Assembly (NCBI GenBank): GCA_002269645.1
Contig: NIVC01000225.1
Span: 710,927-774,926, forward strand
Length of the DNA: 64,000 nucleotides
Reading direction: 5' to 3'
From: Macrostomum lignano
Taxonomy: Eukaryota
The notes beneath the pieces are model-generated. The model saw only the letters and a program-made list of their open reading frames with translations. It was not told where the DNA came from and ran no database searches. The position numbers and the translations under genes are program-made. Below are positions 45,201-57,000 of this stretch, one piece after another. Position 1 is the stretch's first letter. Each line of letters starts with the position of its first letter.

Positions 45201-46147
45201 TTTTATGATAATTAAGTTTAGCAATAATTACTTTAATAAATAATATCTCAAATATCTTTCTAGTTGAACAAGTATCTTTCTGTTAAAATTTCTAGTTGAA
45301 CTATACTATAATTTGTTTAAACTTGTGCATTAACTTTGAGAAAATTTTGAAGGCAAAGAAAATTGATCAATTGAAATTAATTGGTCAATAAGGGCCTAGG
45401 CCCTATATACTTAAAATTTAAATTTTAAATAATTAATAAAGAAAAAAATTGACTATTTCTTTCTAAGTCACTATTTGCTAACTAGATGATAGATCTTAAT
45501 GTATACAGTATTACAGTATACAATATTTGGTCAATTATAAGATGTCTCGGATGCATCATGCATGGTATCTGACTCATCTGGAAATTAAAATACATTAGTT
45601 AAAACACTTTTAACAAATTAAACAAATTAAAATTAACCAAATAAAAATAATTATTTCTTTAAAGTTTGCTTGAACATTCTGTTGGAGCTTATCAATTAAT
45701 ACATATTATATATTATTCTCACTTGTTACTGAAGTGGCTGTTACTGAAATGGCTGTTACTGAAGTGGACTGTTACCAATTATCAGTGGCTACTTGCAAGT
45801 AGTTGCAAAGGAAACAGCACAATAATTTTGCCTAGAATCAGGTATTAGATTTAGGTTTAGAAAAAAAGCCATAGGCCTAGGCACAATTGATTTTAAACAT
45901 AAATATATTAGTGTAGGCCTAATAATGCGAAATTTATTAAATTTTTTAAGAAATGAAAAATTGAAAAATTCATATTATTTCACTTACTTTGGGCTTTGCT
46001 AATGTGAAGAGAGTGGCTCCAAGTTGGGCTCGATTCTTGAGGGTAAACTTGACCATCGCCATAATTTTGACATTTTTCAGCATTTGTGGCAGCAATTATG
46101 CCGACAATAAATCCAAAAACACACAGAAAGAAATTATTGGCTGTCAT
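42228..46147 (-). CDS. PRDX4: Peroxiredoxin-4 (secretory-pathway typical 2-Cys Prx), 3 exons, 248 aa
   Basis: Exon 46147-45988 encodes a signal peptide plus [23 protein letters not shown]; exon 43215-42908 encodes [31 protein letters not shown]; exon 42506-42228 encodes ..[17 protein letters not shown]. Both catalytic Cys are present and the phases (1, 0) are consistent. Confidence 0.95.
42555..42875. repeat. Intronic minisatellite, 31-bp unit GAGAACTGATGGAATCTCACACCTGATATTT, about 10 copies
   Basis: PRDX4 intron 2. Confidence 0.95.
43365..44035. repeat. Intronic minisatellite, 32-bp unit AGCTGGTACTGCATGCTTCTCCCTGATCCTTG, about 21 copies
   Basis: PRDX4 intron 1. Confidence 0.96.
44140..44880 (-). 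mobile_element. Dispersed repeat, inverted copy of 47330-49050
   Basis: Reverse complement aligns over ~700 bp with the 47330-47900 unique part plus a short version of the 23-bp array; identity is clearly incomplete (many substitutions). Confidence 0.8.
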
Positions 46148-47329
46148 AGTGCAACTGTGATATTTATTTTGATAAAATTTAACTGTTTTTACTTTATAGT
46201 AAGTAAAATGATTTTAATCAAAGCAAATAAGCAAAGCAGCAGTTTTCTGACAAAAAAATGTGCTGACGATCTTTCTCACAATTTAACTCTTTAAAAAAGA
46301 GCGCAAATGATAATTCAGTAAAGCAAATAAATAATTTTTTAAGCCTAGCTGCACAACAAAAACAAACTTAATGTTTGTAAAAGTTGAAAAAATTAGTTTA
46401 TTTTTATAAATAATAAGAAGGTATATGCTTCAAGTAAGGCTGTTTGTTTTCTGCAGTTTATTTGACAATAATAAAATACTTCTATTAAAATTAATTTCTT
46501 AATTAAAAACTTAGGCCTACATACACTACACTACACCTTACTAAAAAGTTTACAGAAATTTTTCTGAGTAGGATAGTTGTTCTGATAATTACAACAGTGA
46601 TAAATACAGGCAGAATTGCAAGGCACTAAGGCTAGGGGCCTACCCCAACCAATTTTTCGCCATCTTCTTTTTGATTGTCTAAACAGTTTTTGAAACTTTG
46701 ATACTTTTGAAGCAGCTTTGTGTTGCCCCTCCCCTCCCCCTCCTCAAAAATGTTCTAGATCTATGCCTTAACTTCCCCTTAAGTAAGATACCAATTGTTG
46801 TTAAGAAATAGTAATAGATCGTTTCGTTTATTAGGCAACTATGGATAGAGTGTAGGCCTTATGCTCCTTATGCTATGGTCCATGCCATGATAGGCATGGC
46901 ATGGACATGGCATAGGCCTAACTCCTATGAAATGTGAATTGCTGTCCAAATATGTCAGTTCTAAACCTAGCTAAAAAATCAGACAGGCGCCTAGATTTTA
47001 GCGAATTTTAGCTAGGGCCTATTTAATAAAATAGTTATTATTATCACATTGTCTTAAGAGCTAGGCCCTAAGCTGAAACTTAAAAATGTAAGCATGTTTA
47101 ACTACACCATTTGTTTGTTAGACAAACCATTTTTAGTATATGCAAATTTTGGTTTTGTTGTTTTGTTTCAATGGTATATTCTCTACTATATTCTTTAGCA
47201 TATATTTATTCTTCAATATTAGCCAACAATCCCAACATTAACATAGACCTAATTAATATTAGTCCCTCCCCTTATTGATTGTCCTTTATACTAAAAATGA
47301 AATGTCTATGTATATGTGTGAGATAGATT

Positions 47330-49050
47330 CCAGAAAAAAATGGCTCAACGGATTTTCTTCAAACTTGCACTATTTAATCAGAAATTTTCCTGGGACGGTA
47401 CATGCATCCTGGCTAAGAAATTGCTCAATGTTAAAGGGATTAAATATTCGAAAAACATGCTTTTTTGCAAAGGTCAAGCAGCTTTTTCGACCTGAAATGC
47501 ATTGTAAGAATTCTAGAGAAAAAACTGACTGGCTGAAGTCCAATTGTGATAAAGATTGCATCACAACAAGTTGAAAACAGTGTCGAAGAAATGCACACAC
47601 AACTTGATTAAAATTGCGTAACCATATTGCTAACTTAAATTGAGACTGATACTGGCTGACTGAGAAATTGATTATGTCATAACTTTTTACTCCAATTGAC
47701 TTGCTGTAAGAATTGAATTATAAGGGCCACAATTCATGTTCTCCAATTGAGAAGAGATAGCCCAGATGTGAACAGACTGGACTGCTAATGTAGAGACCTG
47801 GGTTCGAATCTTAGTAGTGCAAAAATATTTTTTTTATTAAAAACCTCAAAACACAAAACTTCTGAACATAAAAGAAGCGCAATATCAAAACATAGAAAAG
47901 CCACCGTGTCAAACATAAAAGAGCCACCATTTCGAACATTAAAGAGCCACCATTTCGAACATTAAAGAGCCACTATGTCAAACATTAAAGAGCCACCATG
48001 TTAAACATTAAAGAGCCACCATGTCAAACATTAAAGAGCCACCATGTAAAACATAAACATGACTCTGTGTCAAACAATAAAGAGCCACCATGTTGAACAA
48101 TAAAGAGCCACCATATCGAACATTAAAGAGCCACCATGTCAAACATTTAAGAGCCACCATATCAAACATATATGTGACTTTATGTCTAACATTAAAGAGC
48201 CATCATGTCAAACATAAAAGAGCCACCATGAAGAACATTAAAGAGCCACCATGTCAAACATTTAAGAGCCACCATATCAAACATTTAAGAGCCACCATGT
48301 CAAACATATATGTGACTTTATGTCAAACAATAAAGAGCCACCATTTCGAACAGTAAAGAGCCACCATGTAGAATATTAAAGAGCCACCATGTTAAACATA
48401 AAAGAGCCACCATGTCAAACATTTCAAAGCCACCATGTCAAACCTAAAAGAGCCACCATGTTGAATATAAAAGAGCCACCATGTCAAACATAAAAGAGCT
48501 ACCATGTCTAACATTAAAGAGCCACTTTGTCTAACATTAAAGAGCCACCATGTTAAACATTTAAGAGCCACCATGTTAAACATTTAAGAGCCACCATGTT
48601 AAACATAAAAGAGCCACCATGTCAAACCTAAAAGAGCCACCATGTCAAACCTAAAAGAGCCACCATGTCAAACATTTAAGAGTCACTTTGTCTAACATTA
48701 AAGAGCCACCATGTCGAACATTAAAGAGCCACCATGTCAAACATAAAAGAGCTATACCTTGAAGAATATTAAAGAGCCACCATGTCGAACATTAGAGAGT
48801 CCCCATGCCGAACATAAAAGAGCCATCATGTAGAATAATAAAGAGCCACCATGAAGAACATTAAAGAGCCACCATGTCAAACATTTAAGAGCCACCATGT
48901 CAAACATTAAAGAGCCACCATGTCAAACATTAAAGAGCCACCATGTTAGACATTGAAAAGCCGCCATATCAAACATAAAAGAGTTACCATGTCAAACATA
49001 AAAGAGCCACCATGTCGAACATAAAAGATACACAATTTCAAACGTGAAAG
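47330..49050 (+). mobile_element. Dispersed repeat with internal tRNA-like segment (~47755-47820) and an expanded 23-bp array (AAAGAGCCACCATGTCAAACATT, ~47890-49030, ~49 copies)
   Basis: TAGCCCAGATG (A-box-like), GGACTGCTAAT (tRNA-Ser GCT-like anticodon loop) and GGTTCGAATC (B-box) occur in order; the counterpart is at 44390-44455. Confidence 0.7.
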
Positions 49051-49109
49051 TAAGCGAATTTTAAAGGAGCCACTATAATGCTAAGGAAATTGTCGCACTA
49101 TCAACTTAT

Positions 49110-49355
49110 TGTCTGGTGGATGCTTGCTATTTGGGGATGCTATCTATCTAGGGGATGCTTGCTATCTGGAGGATGCTTGCTATCTGGGGGATGCTTGCTA
49201 TCTTGGGGATGCTTGCTATCTTGGGGATGCTTGCTATCTGGGGGATGCTTGCTATCTGGGGGATGCTTGCTATCTGGGGGATGCTTACTATTTGGGGGAT
49301 GCTTGCTATCTGGGGGATGCTTGCTATCTGGGGGATGCTTGCTGTCTTGGGATGA
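49110..49355. repeat. Minisatellite, 18-bp unit GATGCTTGCTATCTGGGG, about 13 copies
   Basis: Directly visible. Confidence 0.95.
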
Positions 49356-51055
49356 TTTCTTTTTGCATTGCACTTCATTTGAGTATTTTGTCTTCTCTTT
49401 GTGAAGGCTTTATTTGGCTATATTTTTGTTACTTGTAGAGAACAGAGATTCTATACAGATGTCCCCCAACGGGGGGCAAAGATTGCTAGTTTGATACTAT
49501 AGATAGGCCCTCTAGCTAGATAGGATTCATCCTTATATAGTTATATTAATAATTGTAAGAATAATTTACTAAAATAAAAAGTTAATAAATGTTTCAAAGT
49601 TTTTTAAATAAATTTTATTGCTAATGTCATTGTCATATAGTTATACTTTGAATAGCCGCTTCTAAATATTCTAACTTCTAATTAAGAAATTAAAAGTATT
49701 TGCCAACTGCCACCATCAATACCAACCATGTCAAATTATACTGACAAGCCCAGCTCTCCCAACCTAGCCAGCTGCTGTGCATCTAGCGCCTATAGCTAGC
49801 TAGCCATGTCATCTAGGCAGAGCAGTAATGCCCTGAGCCTCTTTAAAATATGCTGCTGCTATCCCTTCAAGGGCTGCAGTGGCTTGGTCAGGCAAGAAGC
49901 CTGCGTTTTGTTGACTTGCTTTTAAGAGATGCTGAAATCTCCAACCCCTATGGACTTGTTATTCTACACAAATCTATACTTGCGCGCACATTATGACAGC
50001 AACCCAACTTATTGGCAACCCAGGGTTGCTGTAGCCTATAGTTTTTTGTTGTTGTTGTAACTTCTAATTAGGAAATAAAAAATGAGTAAAAAAACTTGGT
50101 TTTATTATTGTCTAAATAATATAGCTTAAAAATATGTTTTTATAAACCTATCTAGTCATGGTTTAGCTTAAATAATATTTATTAAAAGTTAAAAATTAAT
50201 AAAAATATTTATGTATATATATTTTTGCATTTTTGCTTTGCTGAAAATGTATATAAAGTTTATTTTATCTAGATTTTAATTTTATTCTTTGTAAAGTCTG
50301 TTACAGTGGTTTTGTTCCTATCTTTGCAAAATCCCACTGATGCTACAAAGTTGTGCTAGGTTTATTTCCCTTGTCTTTAATATTCCTCACAGGTGTTACC
50401 TAAGTTGTAACAGGCCTATTGGCTCTCTTATAATTAATTGTAATATTTTTTGTTAGTACATTTCTGGTAACTATTAGTGATTATCTGGTAGCATTCTTAT
50501 ATATAGTTTGGTAGCATCTAATGTATACTAAGAAATTGTTATTGCCAATATTTTGCTTAGTAAAACAAACTTAAACTGGTTTCTATCTTTGTGCAAATTT
50601 AGTGTGGCTACTAGTAAACTATTTTTTGCAGGTAAAGCAATAGAAAATATATAAAACAAAAATATAAATTGATTTTATTAGGCACATGTAATACAGGAAT
50701 AGACAAAATTATGTGAAATAAATGACTATGAGTATAGGCTATTTACAAGTCTTTTTCCTTAATATATATATGTATATTTAATTAATAAAATGACAAACCA
50801 ATTAAAGAGATATATTTGTTCCATTTGTAACCAGTTATAGTTTAAATAAGGCATAAATAATAATGAGCTTTATAAATATATATCTCAAACTTAAATAACT
50901 TATAAGTTATTATAAATACTTGTCGAATTCATGAGCAAGAAACTTCAACCACTGCTCACAACTAAACAAAACAAGACTTTGTCTTCTCATTGTAGTAGTT
51001 AAACTAACTCTTCTAGTTATTTCCTTTTAGTTTTGTTATAATTTCCTTTGGAACA

Positions 51056-54000
51056 ATGTCCAGTGGGGAGCAGACCAAACTAATTGGAGCAGATGGTCTG
51101 TCAAAGCAAGCCGAGCTGAACCAAGAATCTGCTGGCAAGCAAGTGACCAGCAAAGATGCTGCAGAAGATGAAGAGGTCGAACGAGCCGGATGCTCGCCAG
51201 CATTCTGTCGCTTTCCTTTGTCCGTTTATTTCATTGTGACCAACGAATTCTGCGAACGGTTCAACTACTTTGGCGTTCGAACCATCCTGACACTTTACTT
51301 GCTAAAGTTTATCGGCCTGAGCTCGGATCATTCAACCGCCATCTTTCACCTGTTTGTTGTGGTCTGCTATTTCTCGCCAATCATTGGCGGCATCGTTGCT
51401 GATAGCTTGTTGGGCAGATTCTGGACTATTGTCATCTTGTCCATTGTCTACTGTATTGGCGGGGTGGTGCTTGCGGCTACAGCAGTTCCTCATCTTGGCT
51501 TAGCCGGCGCCCTGATCGGCCTGTTGCTGATTGGCCTGGGCACTGGTGGAATCAAGCCGAATGTTGCCGCCTTTGGCGCCGATCAAATCCCAGAGGGCAA
51601 GGCCTGGATGCGCGAGGCATTCTTCTCAACATTCTATTTTGCTATCAACCTGGGCTCGCTTCTGTCTACCATTCTAATTCCGGTGGTTCGCTCCAATGTC
51701 TACTGCATGGACGACAATTGCTACGCATTGGCTTTCGGCATACCCGCTGTCGCTATGGCGCTGGCCATTGTAATCTTCATTGTTGGCAAGCCAATGTACC
51801 GAATGGTCCAGCCAGGCAAAAGTGTAGTCGGCCAGGCTGCCTGCTGCATTGTCAGCGCCGCCAAGAACTACAGGGCCGCCTCTGTCAAAGACGCGGATAG
51901 GCAGTTCCTTGACTACGCCGATTCTGACCGATTCCCGCCGGAGTTTGTGCGCGATCTGAGGCAGTTCAGCCGCCTATTGCTGCTGTATATCCCGTTCCCC
52001 ATCTTCTGGGCCCTGTTCGATCAGATGGGTTCGAGATGGACTATTCAAGCGTCACTGATGGACGGCTACATGTTCTGGGATTGGTCAATTCTGCCCGATC
52101 AGATGCAGGCATTGAATTCGCTGCTGATTCTGGTGCTCATACCGATTTTCGACTGCTGCATCTACCCGCTGCTCAGTGAGTGCTGCTGGCGCGTTGGACT
52201 CTTCTAGCCGAGTGCCTGGGTTCGATTCTGTGACTTTTGCACCTGAGTGTCCTGGGTTCGATTCTGTGACTGTTACACCTGAGTGCCTGGGTTCGATTCT
52301 GTGACTGTTACACCTGAGTGCCTGGGTTCGATTCTGTGACTGTTGCACCTGAGTGTCCTGACTCCTGGGTTCGATTCTGTGACTGTTGCACCTGAGTGCC
52401 TGGGTTCGATTCTGTGACTGTTGCACCTGAGTTTCTGGGTTCGATTCTGTGACTATTGCACCTGAGTGCCTGGGTTCGATTCTGTGACTGTTGCACCTGA
52501 GTGCCTGGGTTCGATTCTATGTCTGTTGCACCTGAGTGCCTGGGTTCGATTCTGTGACTGTTGCACCTAAGTGCCCTGGGTTCGACTCTGTGACTGTTGC
52601 ACCTGAGTGCCTGGGTTCGATTCTGTGACTGTTGTACCAGAGTGTCCTGACTCCTGGGTTCGATTCTGTGACTGTTGCACCTGAGTGTCCAACTTCGATT
52701 CTGTGACTGCTGCACCTGAGTGCCTGAGTTCGATTCTGTGACTGTTGCACCTGAGTGCCTGGGTTCGATTCTGTGACTGCTGCACCTGAGTGTCCTGGAT
52801 TCGACTCTGTGACTGTTGCACATGAGTGTCCAAGTTCGATTCTGTGACTGTTGCACCTGAGTGTCCAAGTTCGATTCTGTGACTGTTGCACCTGAGTGTC
52901 CAAGTTCGATTCTGTGACTGTTGCACCTGAGTGTCCAAGTTCGATTCTGTGACTGTTGCACCTGAGTGTCCAAGTTCGATTCTGTTACTTGCTTTTTGAG
53001 TAACTATTTAAAACTCGCGTTAATATGCAGTTAACTATTCAGTGTACTTGCAGATGCTTAAATATGTCTCTGCCTTGTCGACAGCCGTAAAAGTATGAGA
53101 TTTTTTATTTGTCAATAAATTGGATCACTTTAATAAAGTAATTCTGCATTTCAGGCAGATGGCAAGGTAAGATAAATCGTTTGATAGAACTCGTTTGTTT
53201 GGTTTGTTAGAAGTGATTTGTATTTTGTGATTTTTTAGTTTTCCACGATTATGGGCAGTTGGCGGTTTTGCAATAAAAATGTTGTGATTGCGTAATTGTC
53301 TTGAAATTGCGTTAAATTTGTTTGAAAACCGGTGATTATATTTTGAGTTTGTTTACGGTTTCAGCTATCCAATGTTTAGGCAAACAAGTCTGATGTTTTT
53401 ATTTATTATTAGAGGCAGGGGGGTTGTGTGCACCCTGGCGCAATTTAAGCGTCATTGGCACACAACCGGCGAGAGGCATTACTGCCCATTCCGCCGACTC
53501 CCCTGAGCAGGCATACAAGCGAGCGGATACGTACGCAGGCATACACTCACACAGGAGTGTACAGCGGCCCTAACTTTATCAATTGTTAGGCATGTACACT
53601 TCACTGCGCCTTGGGGGGGGGGTTGGCTCTCAAGGCCGTTAATTGCACAAGCGAGCCAAGCCAAGATTCCAATCCAGCCCCAAATGAATGTGGCTGCACT
53701 TGGAATCGAGCCTGGGTCGCGGCACACCAGAGCAGCTGCGCTACCGCTGGGCTACGGCCCCCCGATGTTTTTATTTGTCAACAAGAAATTTTACTGCAAG
53801 ATAATTTAAATTATCGATTTTTCTGATCTAGTTGATTTAGTTGATGAATCTATTATTACGTTTTTTAGAATAAAATTGTATAGATTAGTAGATTATACAT
53901 TACTTTTATAAAACAATGCAGATTGCACAGTTCCATAGCCAATAAAATACCCCTCCCCATAAAACAGGCAGATTGCACAGTTCTATAGCCAATAAACAAC

Positions 54001-57000
54001 CCCCCATAAAACAGGCAGATTGCACAGTTCTATAGCCAATAAACAACCCCCCATAAAACAGGCAGATTGCACAGTTCTATAGCCAATAAACAACCCCCCA
54101 TAAAACAGGCAGATTGCACAGTTCTATAGCCAATAAACAACCCCCCATAAAACAGGCAGATTGCACAGTTCTATAGCCAATAAACAACCCCCCATAAAAC
54201 AGGCAGATTGCACAGTTCTATAGCCAATAAACAACCCCCCATAAAACAGGCAGATTGCGCAGTTCTATAGCCAATAAACAACCCCCCATAAAACAGGCAG
54301 ATTGCACAGTTCTATAGCCAATAAACAACCCCCATAAAACAGGCAGATTGCACAGTTCTATAGCCAATAAACAACCCCCCATAAAACAGGCAGATTGCAC
54401 AGTTCTATAGCCAATAAACAACCCCCCATAAAACAGGCAGATTGCACAGTTCTATAGCCAATAAACAACCCCCATAAAACAGGCAGATTGCACAGTTCTA
54501 TAGCCAATAAACAACCCCCATAAAACAGGCAGATTGCACAGTTCTATAGCCAATAAACTACCTTATAAAACTCTAATTAAGGGATAATCGGATTAAGGTA
54601 AAATAATACAGGGTCTGTGATTATTGATCTATTTTGAAAAAAGGTAATGCAAGGTGTTAATATAACGTTTAATGCACGTTTTTTAATCGCTCCACGCATT
54701 GATTGATTGCTCCGCAACAGGTAAGCTGCACCTGTCTACCACCCTGTGCAAGCGAATGGGCGTCGGCATGCTGTTGGCCTCTTCTGCCTTCATCGCCGCC
54801 ATGGCCGTCCAGATGCGCATCGACGCGGAGCTGCCCACCGTGCCCAAAACTGGCCAGATCAAACTGAAGTTCGTCAATTCCTTGACTGGCACGTCTTCGC
54901 CCTGCGGAGTCATCTTTGAGTACGACGGCGTCACTCGGGATCTAGCGCATCTCGGTTTCTCTAGGGCCAGCCTGCATACCAAGGTGAGCTGATGACGGAT
55001 CCCCTGTTGCTGGGCCAGCCTCCCAGATCCCCTGTTGCTGGGCCAGCCTCCCAGATCCTCAGTTGTTGGGCCAGCCTCCCAAATCCTCAGCTGCTGGGCC
55101 AGCCTCCCAGATCCTCTGTTGCTGGGCCAGCCTCCCAGATCCCACGTTGCTGGGCCAGCCTCCCAGATCCCACGTTGCTGGGCCAGCCTCCCAGATCCCA
55201 CTTTGCTGGGCCAGCCTCCCAGATCCCACGTTGCTGGGCCATTCTCCCAGATCCTCAGTTTCATGGCCAGCCTCCAAGATCCTCAGATCCCCAGTTGCTG
55301 GGCCGGTCTCCCAAATCCGCAGTTGCTTTTCTAAATGTTAGACTCTAGCCAGTTCTCCAGCTGGGATGGCTGAAGCCAATCCATGGATTCCCACTCCACC
55401 ACAGACGCCTCATCTGTGGAACGTAGCGATGCACACGAGTCCGGACTGCCCAGACACGGTGAAAAGAGCCGCCAATCTCACCCTGCCGGGCGGCAACAAC
55501 TCCTATGACGTCATAGTCTATGGCTCCGGCAGGCTGGCCGCGGTCCCGGCAGCCACCGAGAAGAACCGCAAAGGCCTCAGCCTCATCCGCGTGATGCTGA
55601 CCAATCCGAAACTGGCCGATCGTCTGCTCGACGACAAGCTGATTCTTAGAAAGATCAGCCGAGTCAAAGAGGGCATCGATTTCGCCTTGAATTTAACAGC
55701 CAGCCCGAAAAGTTCGGTTGCTAAGGGCGATATTCGGTTCACGGATTACCAACCGGTGCACAGTGGATTTTATTCTGTTCAGCTGGTTGGCAACTACACT
55801 GGCCGGGGCGAGCCGGAGCTGCCTAATGTTGGCTTTAGCAGTGAGTTATTTTACTTATGGACACCTGTTAATCAAACTGTTTGGCAATTGGGTATTCCTT
55901 TGGTAACACAGGAATGTAATGTTTTTTAAACCGGTTCTAAATATAGTAGTTTCTGCCTGAATGATTCTTGAAATGTGTAAAAATCTTCTCGTTAATCCAC
56001 CCCCCTCTAAGTCGTTCCTTAAACCACCTCTAAACCGTTGCTTAATCCTTCCCTAAAATCCTTCCCTAAAAACTCCTTAATCCTTTCTTTAACCGTTCCT
56101 CAATCCTTCCCTAAACCGTTCCTTAATCCTTCCCCAAACCGTTCCTCAATCCTTCCCCAAACCGTTCCTCAATCCTTTCCCAAACCGTTCCTCAATCCTT
56201 CCCCAAACCGTTCCTCAATCCTTTCCCAAACCGTTCCTCAATCCTTCCCCAAACCGTTCCTCAATCCTTTCCCAAACCGTTCCTCAATCCTTTCCCAAAC
56301 CGTTCCTCAATCCTTCCCCAAACCGTTCCTCAATCCTTCCCTAAACCGTTCCTTAATCCTTCCCTAAACCGTTCCTCAATCCTTCCCTAAACCGTTCCTC
56401 AATCCTTCCCCAAACCGTTCCTCAATCCTTCCCCAAACCGTTCCTCAATCCTTTCCCAAACCGTTCCTCAATCCTTCCCCAAACCGTTCCTCAATCCTTC
56501 CCTAAACCGTTCCTTAATCCTTCCCTAAACCGTTCCTCAATCCTTCCCTAAACCGTTCCTCAATCCTTCCCCAAACCGTTCCTCAATCCTTCCCCAAACC
56601 GTTCCTCAATCCTTTCCCAAACCGTTCCTCAATCCTTCCCCAAACCGTTCCTCAATCCTTCCCTAAACCGTTCCTTAATCCTTCCCTAAACCATTCCTTA
56701 ATCCTTCCCTAAACCGTTCCTTAATCCTTCCCTAAACCATTCCTTAATCCTTCCCTAAACCGCTCCTTAATCCTTCCCTAAACCGTTCCTTAATCCCATT
56801 TTCTAAACGGCTTCTGTCTTTAGCAAATACATGAACCTTAGGAGTTGTGAATTCCAAATGGCAAACACAGACACCAAAATATTTATTAAAATAATTTCTT
56901 CTAACAGTGTATTTGTAACGTGTAAATATAGGATCTGTAAGCTCAGATTGGATGCATCACGGTCGTAAGTATGGCGCTTAATTCGGCTTAAATCTCATTA

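Noticed and set aside
47755-47820. Functional tRNA-Ser gene
   Set aside because: Acceptor, D and variable arms do not pair properly and it sits inside a dispersed repeat; treated as tRNA-derived only.
44140-49050. Single foldback transposon with long TIRs
   Set aside because: The enclosed loop contains the genuine PRDX4 exon 1, the arms are substantially diverged and I found no TSD; two independent insertions are more parsimonious.
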